Part shown: positions 9,133 through 18,778 of the stretch, in pieces
Position numbering within the stretch: the first letter of the stretch is position 1
How the letters are laid out: every line of letters begins with the position of its first letter
The notes under the pieces: generated by a model
Database searches by the model: none
What the model saw: only the letters and a program-made list of their open reading frames with translations
What the model was told of the DNA's origin: nothing
From: Actinomycetes bacterium
GTDB taxonomy: Bacteria > Actinomycetota > Acidimicrobiia > Acidimicrobiales > JAKAOS01
NCBI GenBank assembly: GCA_021791675.1
Contig: JAJYWE010000009.1
Span: forward strand, 12,329 to 69,500
Direction of reading: 5' to 3'
DNA length: 57,172 bases
Program-made: the position numbers and the translations under genes

Positions 9133-10167
9133 GTGGCGCCCCCGGCCTACCGTGATCGGGTGCGTTACGTAGAGGCCGGAGGGGTGCGTCTGTCGGTGAT
9201 CGGGCTGGGGACCTGGCAGTTCGGTTCCCGGGCCTGGGGGTACGGGGCGGACTACGCGCTCGGCGAGGCACGGGCGATCACCCGCCGAGCGCTCGAGCTC
9301 GGCATCAACGTCGTCGACACCGCCGAGGCGTACGCGCGCGGGCGCTCGGAGAAGATCGTCGGGCGGGCCGTGGCACCCGATCGAGAGCACGCCTTCCTCG
9401 CGACGAAGTTCACGCCGCTGGTGCCGACCCCGAACGTCGTCGAGCGCCACGCCGCTGCGTCGGCCTTCCGCCTCGGGGTCTCGACGATCGACCTCTACCA
9501 GCTCCACTGGCCGAACCCGCTCTACCCGCTCGCTCGCACGATGGACGGCTTCCGCCGGGTGCTCGACTCGGGGTTGGCCGCACACGTGGGCCTGAGCAAC
9601 TGCTCGCTCGAGACGTGGTGGGAGGCGGAGGCGCAGCTCGGGCGCCCGCTCCTCTCGAACCAGGTGCGTTACAACCTGCTCGACCGCCGCCCCGAGGAGG
9701 CGATGCTCTCCTGGGCGGCGGCGAAGGGTCGCGTCGTCATCGCCTACAGTCCGCTCGCGCAGGGCGTGCTCTCCGGGCGCTACCGACCGGGCCGCCGTCC
9801 GGGGGGGCTCCGGGCGCTCAGCCCGGCAGGCTCGGACGAGGGACTGCGTCGCGTCCAACCGGTGGTCGCTGCACTGGAGGCGGTCGGCCACCGCTACGGG
9901 GCGACCCCCTCGCAGGTCGCGCTCGCGTGGACGGTCCGCGCTGGCGGTGTCGTCGCCATCCCGGGGGCGTCCAGTGTTGCCCAGCTCGAGCAGAACGCCG
10001 CCGCGGCGGACCTGGTGCTCGACGAGGAGGACGACGCGCGCCTGGATGCGGCCTCCCGGGCGTTCGTGCCCCTTCGCGCGGGCCCCGCCGCGCTTGCCGG
10101 GAGCGTCTCGGGCCTGGCGCGCAACGCGCTCGCCGACCGGCTCGGTCGCGGCCCGACCGCCGGCTGA
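9133..10167 (+). CDS. aldo/keto reductase
   Basis: GLGTWQFG, INVVDTAEAY, LYQLHWPN and VIAYSPLAQGVLSG. An alternative GTG start lies at 9160. Confidence 0.88.
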   Translation: MAPPAYRDRVRYVEAGGVRLSVIGLGTWQFGSRAWGYGADYALGEARAITRRALELGINVVDTAEAYARGRSEKIVGRAVAPDREHAFLATKFTPLVPTPNVVERHAAASAFRLGVSTIDLYQLHWPNPLYPLARTMDGFRRVLDSGLAAHVGLSNCSLETWWEAEAQLGRPLLSNQVRYNLLDRRPEEAMLSWAAAKGRVVIAYSPLAQGVLSGRYRPGRRPGGLRALSPAGSDEGLRRVQPVVAALEAVGHRYGATPSQVALAWTVRAGGVVAIPGASSVAQLEQNAAAADLVLDEEDDARLDAASRAFVPLRAGPAALAGSVSGLARNALADRLGRGPTAG

Positions 10168-10178
10168 ACCGGGCGCCT

Positions 10179-10235
10179 CCGTCGCGCCCGGTCCCGATCC
10201 GGGCCCTGCCGTCGCGACCGGTTCCGACCCGGACC
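10179..10235. repeat. two 27-bp direct repeats (period 30), each an internal CCGG-type dyad, between convergent genes
   Basis: ccgtcgcgcccggtcccgatccgggcc (10179-10205) and ccgtcgcgaccggttccgacccggacc (10209-10235). Plausible bidirectional terminator hairpins. Confidence 0.5.
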
Positions 10236-10274
10236 CCGTGTCGGAGCGGGCGAGGCTCCGGCCCTGTCGGGGAG

Positions 10275-10772
10275 CTATCTCGAGGTGTCCCCACGCCGGC
10301 GGGCGAGCAGTCGCAGCTGGACGATGCGCGCGACACCGAGCAGCAACACGGCGAGCGCGCCCGCAAGGGCGGAGAAGAGGAGGGCCACGCCGACCGGGAG
10401 GCGCACGCTCGCCCCGAGGAAGTGCACCGACGCATCCTCGAGGTTCTCGAGGATGAACACGAGCACCGCGACCAGGAGCACGATCCCGACACCGGCCGCC
10501 ACCCATGCGGCACCGGCCCTGGTTCGGGGGATGTCGCTCCGCCCAGGCACCGCAGCGGCTCGACCAGGGCCGAGGCTTCGCTCGCTCGCGCCGGGCACCT
10601 GCTCGCCCCCGGCGCTCGCCTCGCCGCTTCCGAGCCGCTCCGTCACCTCCGGACCCTCGCTGCCACTGGCTGCCTCGCTCACTGCTGCACTCCGTTCGTT
10701 CCCTGGAGGCCACCACCTCCGGGCCGGATCGGGCAGACCGGGTAGGGCGCGGCCAACGAGTCCAATCCTCAT
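10275..10772 (-). CDS. LapA/DUF1049-type small membrane protein
   Basis: The C-terminal half AAWVAAGVGIVLLVAVLVFILENLEDASVHFLG...LLFSALAGALAVLLLGVARIVQLRLLARRR is typical of this family. N-terminus is disordered and the start is uncertain. Confidence 0.6.
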   Translation of the reverse strand: MRIGLVGRALPGLPDPARRWWPPGNERSAAVSEAASGSEGPEVTERLGSGEASAGGEQVPGASERSLGPGRAAAVPGRSDIPRTRAGAAWVAAGVGIVLLVAVLVFILENLEDASVHFLGASVRLPVGVALLFSALAGALAVLLLGVARIVQLRLLARRRGDTSR

Positions 10773-10814
10773 CCTACCAACTCGTCGTGGGCGTCTCGCC
10801 CGAGGGAACGCTGC

Positions 10815-12269
10815 TTGACCTCGATCCTTCCCACGTCGCCCGGGTTAGGCTGGCCATGCACAGAGGAGGTGGTTCCGACGGCAGACGCGTACGACGTGGT
10901 GGTGATCGGGGGTGGACCTGGCGGTTACGCCGCGGCGCTCTACGGCGCGTCCGCGGGGCTCTCGGTCGCAGTGGTCGAGAAGGAGAAGGTCGGCGGCACC
11001 TGCCTCCATCGAGGCTGCATCCCGGCGAAGGAGTTCCTGGAGACGGCCTCGGTCTGGCGGACCGTCGCGCACGCCAGTGAGTTCGGCGTCAACGCCGGGG
11101 CAGCGGCGCTCGACTTCTCGGTCAGCCAGACCCGCAAGCAGAAGGTCGTGGACCAGCTCTGGAAGGGTCTGAGCGGGCTCATGAAGGGCCGCAAGATCAC
11201 GATCGTGCAGGGGACGGGGCAGCTCCACCCGGACCGCCGAGTCGTCGTCGACGACGGCACGGTCCTCCAAGGCCGTCACGTCATCCTCGCCGCGGGTTCG
11301 GTGCCGCGGACCCTGCCGGGCTTCGAGGTCGACGGTCGTGTCGTGCTCACCTCGGACGAAGTGCTCGACCTGAAGGAGCTGCCCGCGACGGCAATCGTGA
11401 TCGGTGGCGGGGCGATCGGGTGCGAGTTCGCCTCGATGATGGCCGATCTCGGCACGAAGGTCACGCTGCTCGAGGCGCTGCCACGACTGCTCCCCGGCTG
11501 CGACGCCGACGTCGTCGATGTCCTCGCGCGCTCCTTCCGCCGCAAGGGGATCGAAGTGCGTACCGGGGTGACCGTCGAGGGGCACACGCCCGGCCCGACC
11601 GGGACGACGGTGCGGCTCGGCGACGGGAGCGAGCTCGCGGCCGAGGCGGTCGTCGTGTCCGTGGGCCGCCGCCCCCTCTCGGACGGGCTCCTCGCCGAGG
11701 GAACGGACGTCGCCGTGGACGCGCGGGGCTTCGTCGAGGTCGACGCCTGGATGCGCACGACGGCCCCCTCCATCTTCGCGATCGGCGATCTCGTGAACAC
11801 GCCGCAGCTCGCCCACGTCGGTTTCGCGGAAGCGATCGTCGCCATCAAGGGCATCCTCGGCGAGGAGGCGGTCCCCGTGGACTACTCCGCCGTCCCGTGG
11901 GGCATCTACTGCGACCCGGAGGTCGCCTTCGCCGGTCTCTCGGAGGACCAGGCGCGCGCTGCCGGGCACGAGGTCGTCGTGAAGAAGGACCCCTACGGCG
12001 GCAACAGCCGAGCCCGCATCCTCGGCGAGACCGACGGCGTCGTGAAGGTGATCGCCGAGCGCCGTGCCGACGGCAGCGCCGGGCGCCTCCTCGGCGTGCA
12101 CATGGTGGGGCCCTGGGTCACCGAACAGCTCGGCCAGGCCTACCTCTCCGTGAACTGGGAGGCGACGCCGGACGAGATCGCCCAGTTCATCCAGCCGCAC
12201 CCGACGCTCTCCGAGTCCTTCGGCGAGACGGTGCTGGCGCTGACCGGAAGGGGACTGCACGTTGGCTGA
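10815..12269 (+). CDS. lpd: dihydrolipoyl dehydrogenase (E3)
   Basis: YDVVVIGGGPGGY, redox-active GGTCLHRGCIPAK, and a C-terminal interface domain HPTLSE. Start is uncertain (TTG 10815 or GTG 10869). Confidence 0.93.
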   Translation: MTSILPTSPGLGWPCTEEVVPTADAYDVVVIGGGPGGYAAALYGASAGLSVAVVEKEKVGGTCLHRGCIPAKEFLETASVWRTVAHASEFGVNAGAAALDFSVSQTRKQKVVDQLWKGLSGLMKGRKITIVQGTGQLHPDRRVVVDDGTVLQGRHVILAAGSVPRTLPGFEVDGRVVLTSDEVLDLKELPATAIVIGGGAIGCEFASMMADLGTKVTLLEALPRLLPGCDADVVDVLARSFRRKGIEVRTGVTVEGHTPGPTGTTVRLGDGSELAAEAVVVSVGRRPLSDGLLAEGTDVAVDARGFVEVDAWMRTTAPSIFAIGDLVNTPQLAHVGFAEAIVAIKGILGEEAVPVDYSAVPWGIYCDPEVAFAGLSEDQARAAGHEVVVKKDPYGGNSRARILGETDGVVKVIAERRADGSAGRLLGVHMVGPWVTEQLGQAYLSVNWEATPDEIAQFIQPHPTLSESFGETVLALTGRGLHVG

Positions 12270-13869
12270 CATCACCATGCCCCAGCTCGGCGAGACGGTG
12301 ACCGAGGGGACGGTCACCCGCTGGCTCAAGGCGGTGGGCGACCCGGTCGCCCAGGACGAGGTGCTCTTCGAGGTCTCCACCGACAAGGTGGACTCGGAGG
12401 TGCCCTCGTCGGCCGCCGGGTACCTCGCCGAGATCCTCGTGCCCGAGGGCGACACCGTGGACGTCGGGACCCGACTCGCGGTGATCACCCCCGAGCCTCC
12501 GGGGGCGGCGGGCGGGGCCTCGGCCCCCGGAGTCGCCGAGGCGACCGAGGCCGTGCCATCCGCGCCGGCCCCCCCGCCAACGGTGCCGTCTCCCGCGCCA
12601 GCTCCGCCGGCGGCACCTCCCCCGCCCGCGCCCCCTGCGTCGATCGAGGCCCCGCCCGTTGCACCGCCGCCCGCCCCGGCGCCGCCCCCCCCGGCGCCGC
12701 AGCCAGCTGCCCCGGCCCCGATGCTGGAGCCCGTCGGTGCTGTGGCCGCCGGGGCCGGCGCCGGTACCGCGAACGGGGTGAACGCAGGCCCGGCACCGTC
12801 CGGCGGCGAGATCTCGGGTCGGGTCCTCTCGCCGGTGGTTCGCCGGCTGCTCGCCGACCACCGCATCGACCCGTCGGAGATCGCGGGCAGCGGTCTCGGT
12901 GGGCGCATCACCCGAGCCGACGTGCTCGCCTATGTCGACGCCCGCACGAGGGCCGGCGCTGCAGCTCCTGCGGCACCCCTCGGCGGGGCCGCGGGAGCCG
13001 CGCTTGCCCAGCCCCCCGCCGTACCGTCCTCGACCTCCGCGGGCCCTGGCGCCGGCGCCCCGGCCGTCACACCGACCGGCCTCGTCTCCCAGGGTGCGCC
13101 GCCCGCAGTTGCGTCCCCGCCCCCGCCCCCGGCCTTCGCCGTGAGTGGGGCTGGGCCGCACGACGAGGTCGTCCCCTTCTCCAACATCCGGCGACGCACC
13201 GCAGAGCACATGGTTCGCTCGAAGGCGACCTCCGCGCACACGCTCGTCTCGATCGAGGTGGACTTCGACGCCGTCGACCGGCTCCGGCGTGCGGTCAAGG
13301 AGCAGTTCCGTGCCAGCGAGGGCGTGAACCTCACCTACCTCCCCTTCGTCGCGCGTGCGTTGGTCGACGCCGTCCGTGCGTTCCCCCACGTGAACGCTTC
13401 GGTGGCCGACGACGCGCTCGTCGTGCACCACGACATCCACCTCGGGATCGCGGTCGACCTCGACGTGGAGGGGCTCATCGTGCCCGTGATCCACGACGCT
13501 GCGGCCAAGCGACTGCCTGCCCTGGCCCGGGAGATCGCCGACCTGGCGAGCCGGGCGCGCTCACGGCGCCTCTCGGCCGACGACATCGCCGGGGGGACCA
13601 TCACCATCACCAATCCCGGCCCGTACGGCACGCTGCTCACGGCTCCGATCATCAACCAGCCGCAGGTGGCGATCCTCTCCACCGACGGGGTCAAGCGCCG
13701 TCCGGTCGTCGTGGGCCTGCCCGACGGGACGGAGGGGATCGCGATCCACTCGGTCGGGAACCTCGCCCTCTCCTTCGACCATCGCGCGGTCGACGGCGGC
13801 TACGCCTCCCGGTTCCTCGGCCGGATGAAGGAGAGTCTCGAGGGTTGGGACTGGGCGCAGGAGCTGTGA
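12262..13869 (+). CDS. 2-oxoacid dehydrogenase E2 dihydrolipoamide acyltransferase
   Basis: One lipoyl domain (EVSTDKVDSEVPS), long Ala/Pro linkers, a peripheral subunit-binding domain (SPVVRRLLADHRIDPSEIAGSG) and a catalytic DHRAVDG. Overlaps the lpd stop. Confidence 0.92.
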   Translation: MADITMPQLGETVTEGTVTRWLKAVGDPVAQDEVLFEVSTDKVDSEVPSSAAGYLAEILVPEGDTVDVGTRLAVITPEPPGAAGGASAPGVAEATEAVPSAPAPPPTVPSPAPAPPAAPPPPAPPASIEAPPVAPPPAPAPPPPAPQPAAPAPMLEPVGAVAAGAGAGTANGVNAGPAPSGGEISGRVLSPVVRRLLADHRIDPSEIAGSGLGGRITRADVLAYVDARTRAGAAAPAAPLGGAAGAALAQPPAVPSSTSAGPGAGAPAVTPTGLVSQGAPPAVASPPPPPAFAVSGAGPHDEVVPFSNIRRRTAEHMVRSKATSAHTLVSIEVDFDAVDRLRRAVKEQFRASEGVNLTYLPFVARALVDAVRAFPHVNASVADDALVVHHDIHLGIAVDLDVEGLIVPVIHDAAAKRLPALAREIADLASRARSRRLSADDIAGGTITITNPGPYGTLLTAPIINQPQVAILSTDGVKRRPVVVGLPDGTEGIAIHSVGNLALSFDHRAVDGGYASRFLGRMKESLEGWDWAQEL

Positions 13870-15620
13870 TGCTGCGGGTCCGCTGGCTCGGCCGCGTCCC
13901 TTACCGCGAAGCGCACGCCCTGCAGGCGGCGCTGCACGAGCGCTCGCGCGAGGACTACCTGCTGCTGCTCGAGCACGACCACGTCTACACGCTCGGGGTG
14001 CGCGCCGACCCGGCGCACGTCCTCGTGCCGCCCGCCTCGGTCGGTGCCGACCTGGTCCGGACCGACCGCGGCGGCGACGTCACCTACCACGGGCCCGGCC
14101 AGCTCGTCGGTTACCCGATCCGTTCGGTGTCGATGGGCCCGAACGCCACCCCCGAGTACGTCCACGGCGTGGAGGAAGTGCTCGTCGTGGCGCTCCAGAC
14201 GCTCGGTCTGGCCGGGGTGGGCAGGCTGGCCGGCTACCCGGGCGTCTGGGTCGACCCGGAGGGCTCGCCGAGGAAGATCGCAGCCATCGGCGTGCGCATC
14301 ACGCGGGGCCGGTCCATGCACGGGTTCGCGCTGAACGTCGCGCCGGACCTCGGCTACTTCTCGCACATCGTGCCCTGCGGGATCTCCGAGTACCCCGTCA
14401 CCTCGCTGGCCGCGGAGGGAATCGACGCGCCTCTCGCCACCGTTGCGGACGCCGTGGTCGATGCCGCAGCACGCGTCTGGGGCGTCACGGGGATCGATCG
14501 TCAGGACGTCTCGTGGCGCGACCGGAGTGCCGGCCGAACACCCCTCGGCGCAGACGGCGCTGCCGCCGACCGGGCCGCAGGCGACGGGCCCGCGGACCGC
14601 ACGACCGCCGCCGTCGCAGTGTCGAGCCCGGTCCGGCGCAACCTCGCTCGACGCCTCGCGCAGGCGGGCGTGGCGCCGGAGGGGGGCGTCTCCCTCTCCG
14701 AGCGCAAGCCGCCCTGGGTGCGGGTGCACGCGGAGATGGGGCCCGACTACCGGGCGCTCCGCCGGACGCTCCGCCGGCTCGAGCTGGTCACGGTCTGTGA
14801 GGAGGCGGGCTGCCCGAACATCTACGAGTGCTTCGCCGAGGGGACCGCCACCTTCATGATCAACGGTGAGCGCTGTACCCGGGCGTGTGGCTTCTGCCTG
14901 GTGGACACGAGCCACCCCCGTCCGCTGGATCCCGCCGAGCCCGCCCGGGTCGGCGAGGCGGTCGCCGGGATGGGCCTCGCGCATGCCGTGGTGACCGCGG
15001 TCGCCCGTGACGACCTCGCAGACGGGGGTGCGTCCGCCTTCGTCGCCACGATCGACGCCATCCGGGCTCGCTGTCCCGACACGGTCGTCGAAGTGCTGAT
15101 CCCGGACTGCAAGGGCGACGACGCGGCACTCGGCGCGATCTTCGGGGCGCGTCCCGACGTCCTCAACCACAACCTCGAGACCGTGGCGCGCCTGCAGCGG
15201 GCGGTCCGCCCCTCTGCGGGCTACGCGAGGAGCCTCGCCGTGCTCGCCCGGGCGAAGGCCGCGGGCCTCACGACCAAGTCCGGCATCATCCTCGGGATGG
15301 GCGAGCGCCGCGACGAGGTCGTCGCTGCGATGACGGACCTCGCCGGTGTCGGCGTCGACATCCTCACCCTCGGGCAGTACCTGCGCCCGAGCGCCGCGCA
15401 CCTCCCCGTCGCGCGGTGGTGGCGGCCGGAGGAGTTCGACGAGCTCGCAGCGGTCGGCCGCGACCTCGGCTTCGCCCACGTCGAGGCCTCGCCACTCACG
15501 CGCTCGAGCTACCACGCACGTGGCGCTGCTACAGCCGCCCACCGGGTCGCGCTCGCCTCCGCGGATCGGGCCCCGCTCGCCGTGGGTGCCGGTGCCGGAT
15601 CCCCGGCGGGCGGGCAGTGA
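13869..15620 (+). CDS. lipB/lipA: fused octanoyltransferase LipB / lipoyl synthase LipA (single ORF)
   Basis: ATG 13869 overlaps the E2 stop (TGATG). LipB part: TDRGGDVTYHGPGQLVGYP, KIAAIGV, HIVPCGI. After a ~55-aa Ala/Gly/Arg linker comes the LipA part: ERKPPWVRV, CEEAGCPNIYEC, CTRACGFC. No stop codon lies between them. Confidence 0.85.
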   Translation: MLRVRWLGRVPYREAHALQAALHERSREDYLLLLEHDHVYTLGVRADPAHVLVPPASVGADLVRTDRGGDVTYHGPGQLVGYPIRSVSMGPNATPEYVHGVEEVLVVALQTLGLAGVGRLAGYPGVWVDPEGSPRKIAAIGVRITRGRSMHGFALNVAPDLGYFSHIVPCGISEYPVTSLAAEGIDAPLATVADAVVDAAARVWGVTGIDRQDVSWRDRSAGRTPLGADGAAADRAAGDGPADRTTAAVAVSSPVRRNLARRLAQAGVAPEGGVSLSERKPPWVRVHAEMGPDYRALRRTLRRLELVTVCEEAGCPNIYECFAEGTATFMINGERCTRACGFCLVDTSHPRPLDPAEPARVGEAVAGMGLAHAVVTAVARDDLADGGASAFVATIDAIRARCPDTVVEVLIPDCKGDDAALGAIFGARPDVLNHNLETVARLQRAVRPSAGYARSLAVLARAKAAGLTTKSGIILGMGERRDEVVAAMTDLAGVGVDILTLGQYLRPSAAHLPVARWWRPEEFDELAAVGRDLGFAHVEASPLTRSSYHARGAATAAHRVALASADRAPLAVGAGAGSPAGGQ

Positions 15621-16756
15621 GCGAGCGACCGGCAGCCGCCGCGGGGGCGGCCCGTCGGGCTCGGGTGGAGGCGGTCCGGACGGCGATGGGGGACGCGGGC
15701 ATCGACGCGCTGCTCTGTTCTGTCGGGGCCGACCTCCCGTGGCTGACCGGTTACGAGGCGATGCCGCTCGAGCGCCTCACGATGCTGGTGCTCCCGGTGG
15801 ACGCCGATGCGACGCTGGTGGTGCCGCGCCTCGAGGCGCCGAGGGTCCCCGTCGACGAGGAGCTCTTCTCGCTGCGGCCCTGGGACGAGACCGAGGACCC
15901 GGTGAGCCTCGTCGCCGAGCTGGTCGGGGCGCGCCGTCGGCTCGCGATCTCGGACCGGACCTGGGCGGCTCCGCTGCTCGCGCTCCAGGCGGCCCTGCCC
16001 GCAGCGGGCTTCGTCAAGGCGTCGGGGATCACCGGTCCGCTTCGCGCGGTCAAGGACGAGGCCGAGCTGGCGGCGCTCGCGGCCGCGGGGGCGGCCGCCG
16101 ACCGGGTGGCGGCGGCGCTGCTCGGCGGGGAGATCCCCCTCGTCGGTCGGAGCGAGGCGGAGGTCTCCCAGGACCTCACGCGCCGCCTCCTCGCCGCGGG
16201 GCACCACCGGGTGGACTTCGCCATCGTCGGTTCCGGTCCGAACGCTGCGAGCCCCCACCACGAGCCCGGAGCGCGGGTGATCGGCCGCAACGAGGTGGTG
16301 GTCTGCGACTTCGGCGGGACGTTCTCGCCCGACGGCGGACCGGGCTACTGCTCCGACACGACGCGCACCCTGGTGACCGGCGAGCCCGACCCGGCCTTCG
16401 CCGAGCTCTACGCCGTCTTGCTCGCAGCGCAGGAGGTGGGTGTGGCGGCGGCCCGTGTCGGGGTGGCCTGCGATCAGGTCGACGCGGCGGCGCGGGCGGT
16501 GATCGCCGACGCGGGGTACGGCCCGGCGTTCCTCCACCGTCTCGGGCACGGCATCGGCCTCGAGGGCCACGAGGATCCCTACCTCGTCGAGGGGAACGGC
16601 ACGCCGCTCGTCCCGGGCCACGCCTTCTCGATCGAGCCGGGGATCTACCTCAGCGGACGCTATGGCGCCCGCATCGAGGACATCGTCGTCGCGACCGGCG
16701 ACGGGCCGGTCCGGCTGAACAACTCCTCGAGGGAGCTCCATGTCGTCGAGGCCTGA
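15617..16756 (+). CDS. M24 family Xaa-Pro peptidase
   Basis: GTG 15617 overlaps the lipA stop (GTGA). VVCDFGG, HRLGHGIGLEGHE and SIEPGIY are metal-ligand blocks. Confidence 0.88.
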   Translation: MSERPAAAAGAARRARVEAVRTAMGDAGIDALLCSVGADLPWLTGYEAMPLERLTMLVLPVDADATLVVPRLEAPRVPVDEELFSLRPWDETEDPVSLVAELVGARRRLAISDRTWAAPLLALQAALPAAGFVKASGITGPLRAVKDEAELAALAAAGAAADRVAAALLGGEIPLVGRSEAEVSQDLTRRLLAAGHHRVDFAIVGSGPNAASPHHEPGARVIGRNEVVVCDFGGTFSPDGGPGYCSDTTRTLVTGEPDPAFAELYAVLLAAQEVGVAAARVGVACDQVDAAARAVIADAGYGPAFLHRLGHGIGLEGHEDPYLVEGNGTPLVPGHAFSIEPGIYLSGRYGARIEDIVVATGDGPVRLNNSSRELHVVEA

Positions 16757-17630
16757 GGCTGGCGACTCGGCGGGCAGGAAGGGCGCCGAGGGCGTCGTTC
16801 CCGATCCGGCGCCTGGCGCCGCGGCTGCGCCGTCCTCGGGCGCGCCGGGTTCCTCCTCGGCCGGCGGCGGCAGTGCGGTGCTGGCCGACCCCTTCGTCCC
16901 GCGGCGGGGCAAGGTGTCGATCCCCCTCCCCGGCGAGCGCGCCGGGCTCTCGGCGCTGCCCGCCTACCTCGCCCGCCCCCCGGCAGGTGTCGGGCCGTGG
17001 TCCGGGGTCGTGGTGCTCCACGAGGCCTTCGGGCTGAACGGGGACATCCGCCGTCATGCGGACCGCCTCGCCGGCGCCGGCTACCTGGCCGTTGCGCCCG
17101 ACCTCCTCGCGGGTGGGCCGAAGGCGGTCTGCCTCGTGCGCACCTTCCGGGATCTCCGCGCCGGACGGGGGCGGAGCTTCGAGCGCCTCGCAGCCACCAT
17201 CGACTGGCTCCGGGCCCAGCCGGGCTGTGCGTCGCGGGTCGGTGCGATCGGCTTCTGTCTGGGCGGCGGCTTCGCGCTGCTCGCCGGGGTGCGCCACGAC
17301 CTCTCGGCGACCGCCGTGAACTACGGCGAGGTGCCCGAGGGCCCAGACAGCGCACTCGCGGGGGTCTGTCCGGTGGTCGCGAGCTACGGCGCGGAGGACC
17401 GGGCGATGCGCGGCCGCGCCGAACGCCTCGAACAGGCGCTCGCCGCGCTCGACGTGCCCCACGACGTGAAGGTCTATCCCGGTGCTGGTCACGGTTTCCT
17501 GAACCGCCACGACCTGTCGCCCCGGCTCCGGCCGCTCGAGCACGTCGCCGGGCTCGGCTACGACGAGGCGGCGGCCGAGGACGCGTGGGCGAGGATCCTG
17601 GCCTTCTTCGAGGTGCATCTCCGCTCCTGA
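16740..17630 (+). CDS. dienelactone hydrolase family protein
   Basis: VVVLHEAFGLNGDIRRHADRLAGAGYLAVAPDL, GFCLGGGFAL (Cys nucleophile) and YPGAGHGF. The low-complexity N-terminal ~50 aa leaves the start uncertain. Confidence 0.82.
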   Translation: MSSRPEAGDSAGRKGAEGVVPDPAPGAAAAPSSGAPGSSSAGGGSAVLADPFVPRRGKVSIPLPGERAGLSALPAYLARPPAGVGPWSGVVVLHEAFGLNGDIRRHADRLAGAGYLAVAPDLLAGGPKAVCLVRTFRDLRAGRGRSFERLAATIDWLRAQPGCASRVGAIGFCLGGGFALLAGVRHDLSATAVNYGEVPEGPDSALAGVCPVVASYGAEDRAMRGRAERLEQALAALDVPHDVKVYPGAGHGFLNRHDLSPRLRPLEHVAGLGYDEAAAEDAWARILAFFEVHLRS

Positions 17631-17682
17631 GCAGCGCCGCCCACGGGGCGTCGGCGGCATGTCGGGACGGGCGAGCGTCGGC

Positions 17683-18594
17683 TCAGGGCTTCGGGAGCCA
17701 GGAGACCTTGCCGACGAGGTACACGTAGCCCACGAACGCGACGGCGTCGATCAGGAAGTGCGCGACCGCGAGGGGCGCCGCGCGCTTGGTCCGCTGGAAG
17801 ATCCGCCCGAAGAGCAGCCCCATCAGGAAGTTCCCGACGAAGCCGCCGAGGCCCTGGTAGAGGTGGTAGCTGCCCCGGATCAGGGAGGACGTGAGGAGGG
17901 ACCGGTTCTCCCCCCAGCCCAGCTGCGAGAGGCGGTGGAGGAGGTAGCCGCAGACGACCGTCTCCTCGAGCAGCCCGTTCTGCGCCGCGTCGAGGAGGAG
18001 CACGGGGACCCGCCACCAGATCGCCGGGAGCGTGGTCGGGACGACGTTGAGGGCGACCCCGACGTGGCGGGCGCCGAGGTAGAGGGCGAGGCCGATCCCG
18101 CCAACCCCCGCGGCGAGCGCGGCGCCGAGGCCGAGGTCGAACCGGGGCCGGCTGCCGTCCATGCCGATGGTCCGCAGCGACTCCCCCGAGCGCCAGAGCA
18201 GGTAGCCGACGAGGGCAACCGGTGCGACCGTGGTCGCGATGCCGGCGAGCTGGAAGGCGAGGTCGAGCCAGGGCCTCCCGGGCGTGACTGCGCCGTTCAG
18301 CACCGCGACCTGTGACGAGAGCGGGGCAGAGGTCGCGGTCAGGTCCTGGAGGAGCTCCAGGATGGCGTAGACCGCAGAGGCACCGAGCGAGAGGGCGAAG
18401 ACCACCCAGATCTCGACGACCATTCCCCGGCGGCTGGGCAGGGCGCTCGGGGGACCACCTGGCGGCGCGCTGGCGAGCGATTCGCCTGGGCTCGCAGGTC
18501 CGGCCGACCCGATACCCCCCGACCCGAGAGGAGCTGGCTCGAGGGGCGCCACCTCCGCGTTGCTCCCGCGTGGAGGGGTCGGTCGCTTCACCAC
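17683..18594 (-). CDS. CPBP family intramembrane glutamic endopeptidase
   Basis: EETVVCGYLLHRL (EExxxR-type), SYHLYQG and AHFLID motifs in a polytopic membrane protein. Confidence 0.8.
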   Translation of the reverse strand: MVKRPTPPRGSNAEVAPLEPAPLGSGGIGSAGPASPGESLASAPPGGPPSALPSRRGMVVEIWVVFALSLGASAVYAILELLQDLTATSAPLSSQVAVLNGAVTPGRPWLDLAFQLAGIATTVAPVALVGYLLWRSGESLRTIGMDGSRPRFDLGLGAALAAGVGGIGLALYLGARHVGVALNVVPTTLPAIWWRVPVLLLDAAQNGLLEETVVCGYLLHRLSQLGWGENRSLLTSSLIRGSYHLYQGLGGFVGNFLMGLLFGRIFQRTKRAAPLAVAHFLIDAVAFVGYVYLVGKVSWLPKP

Positions 18595-18778
18595 CTGCGA
18601 CCGTAGCGGTGTCGCCGAGGCTCGGGGGAGCGGCGAAAGACCTCCACCACCGGCGTTCGTCCACGCGCTACATTCAGTTCACCCTCAGGACGCGGGCCGG
18701 CCGGGGAGAGCGTTCAGCCGGGGATACGCGCTGGGGTGGGGGATCGAGTGCCGCGTGCGCGGCAGGGGAGGCACGGCG

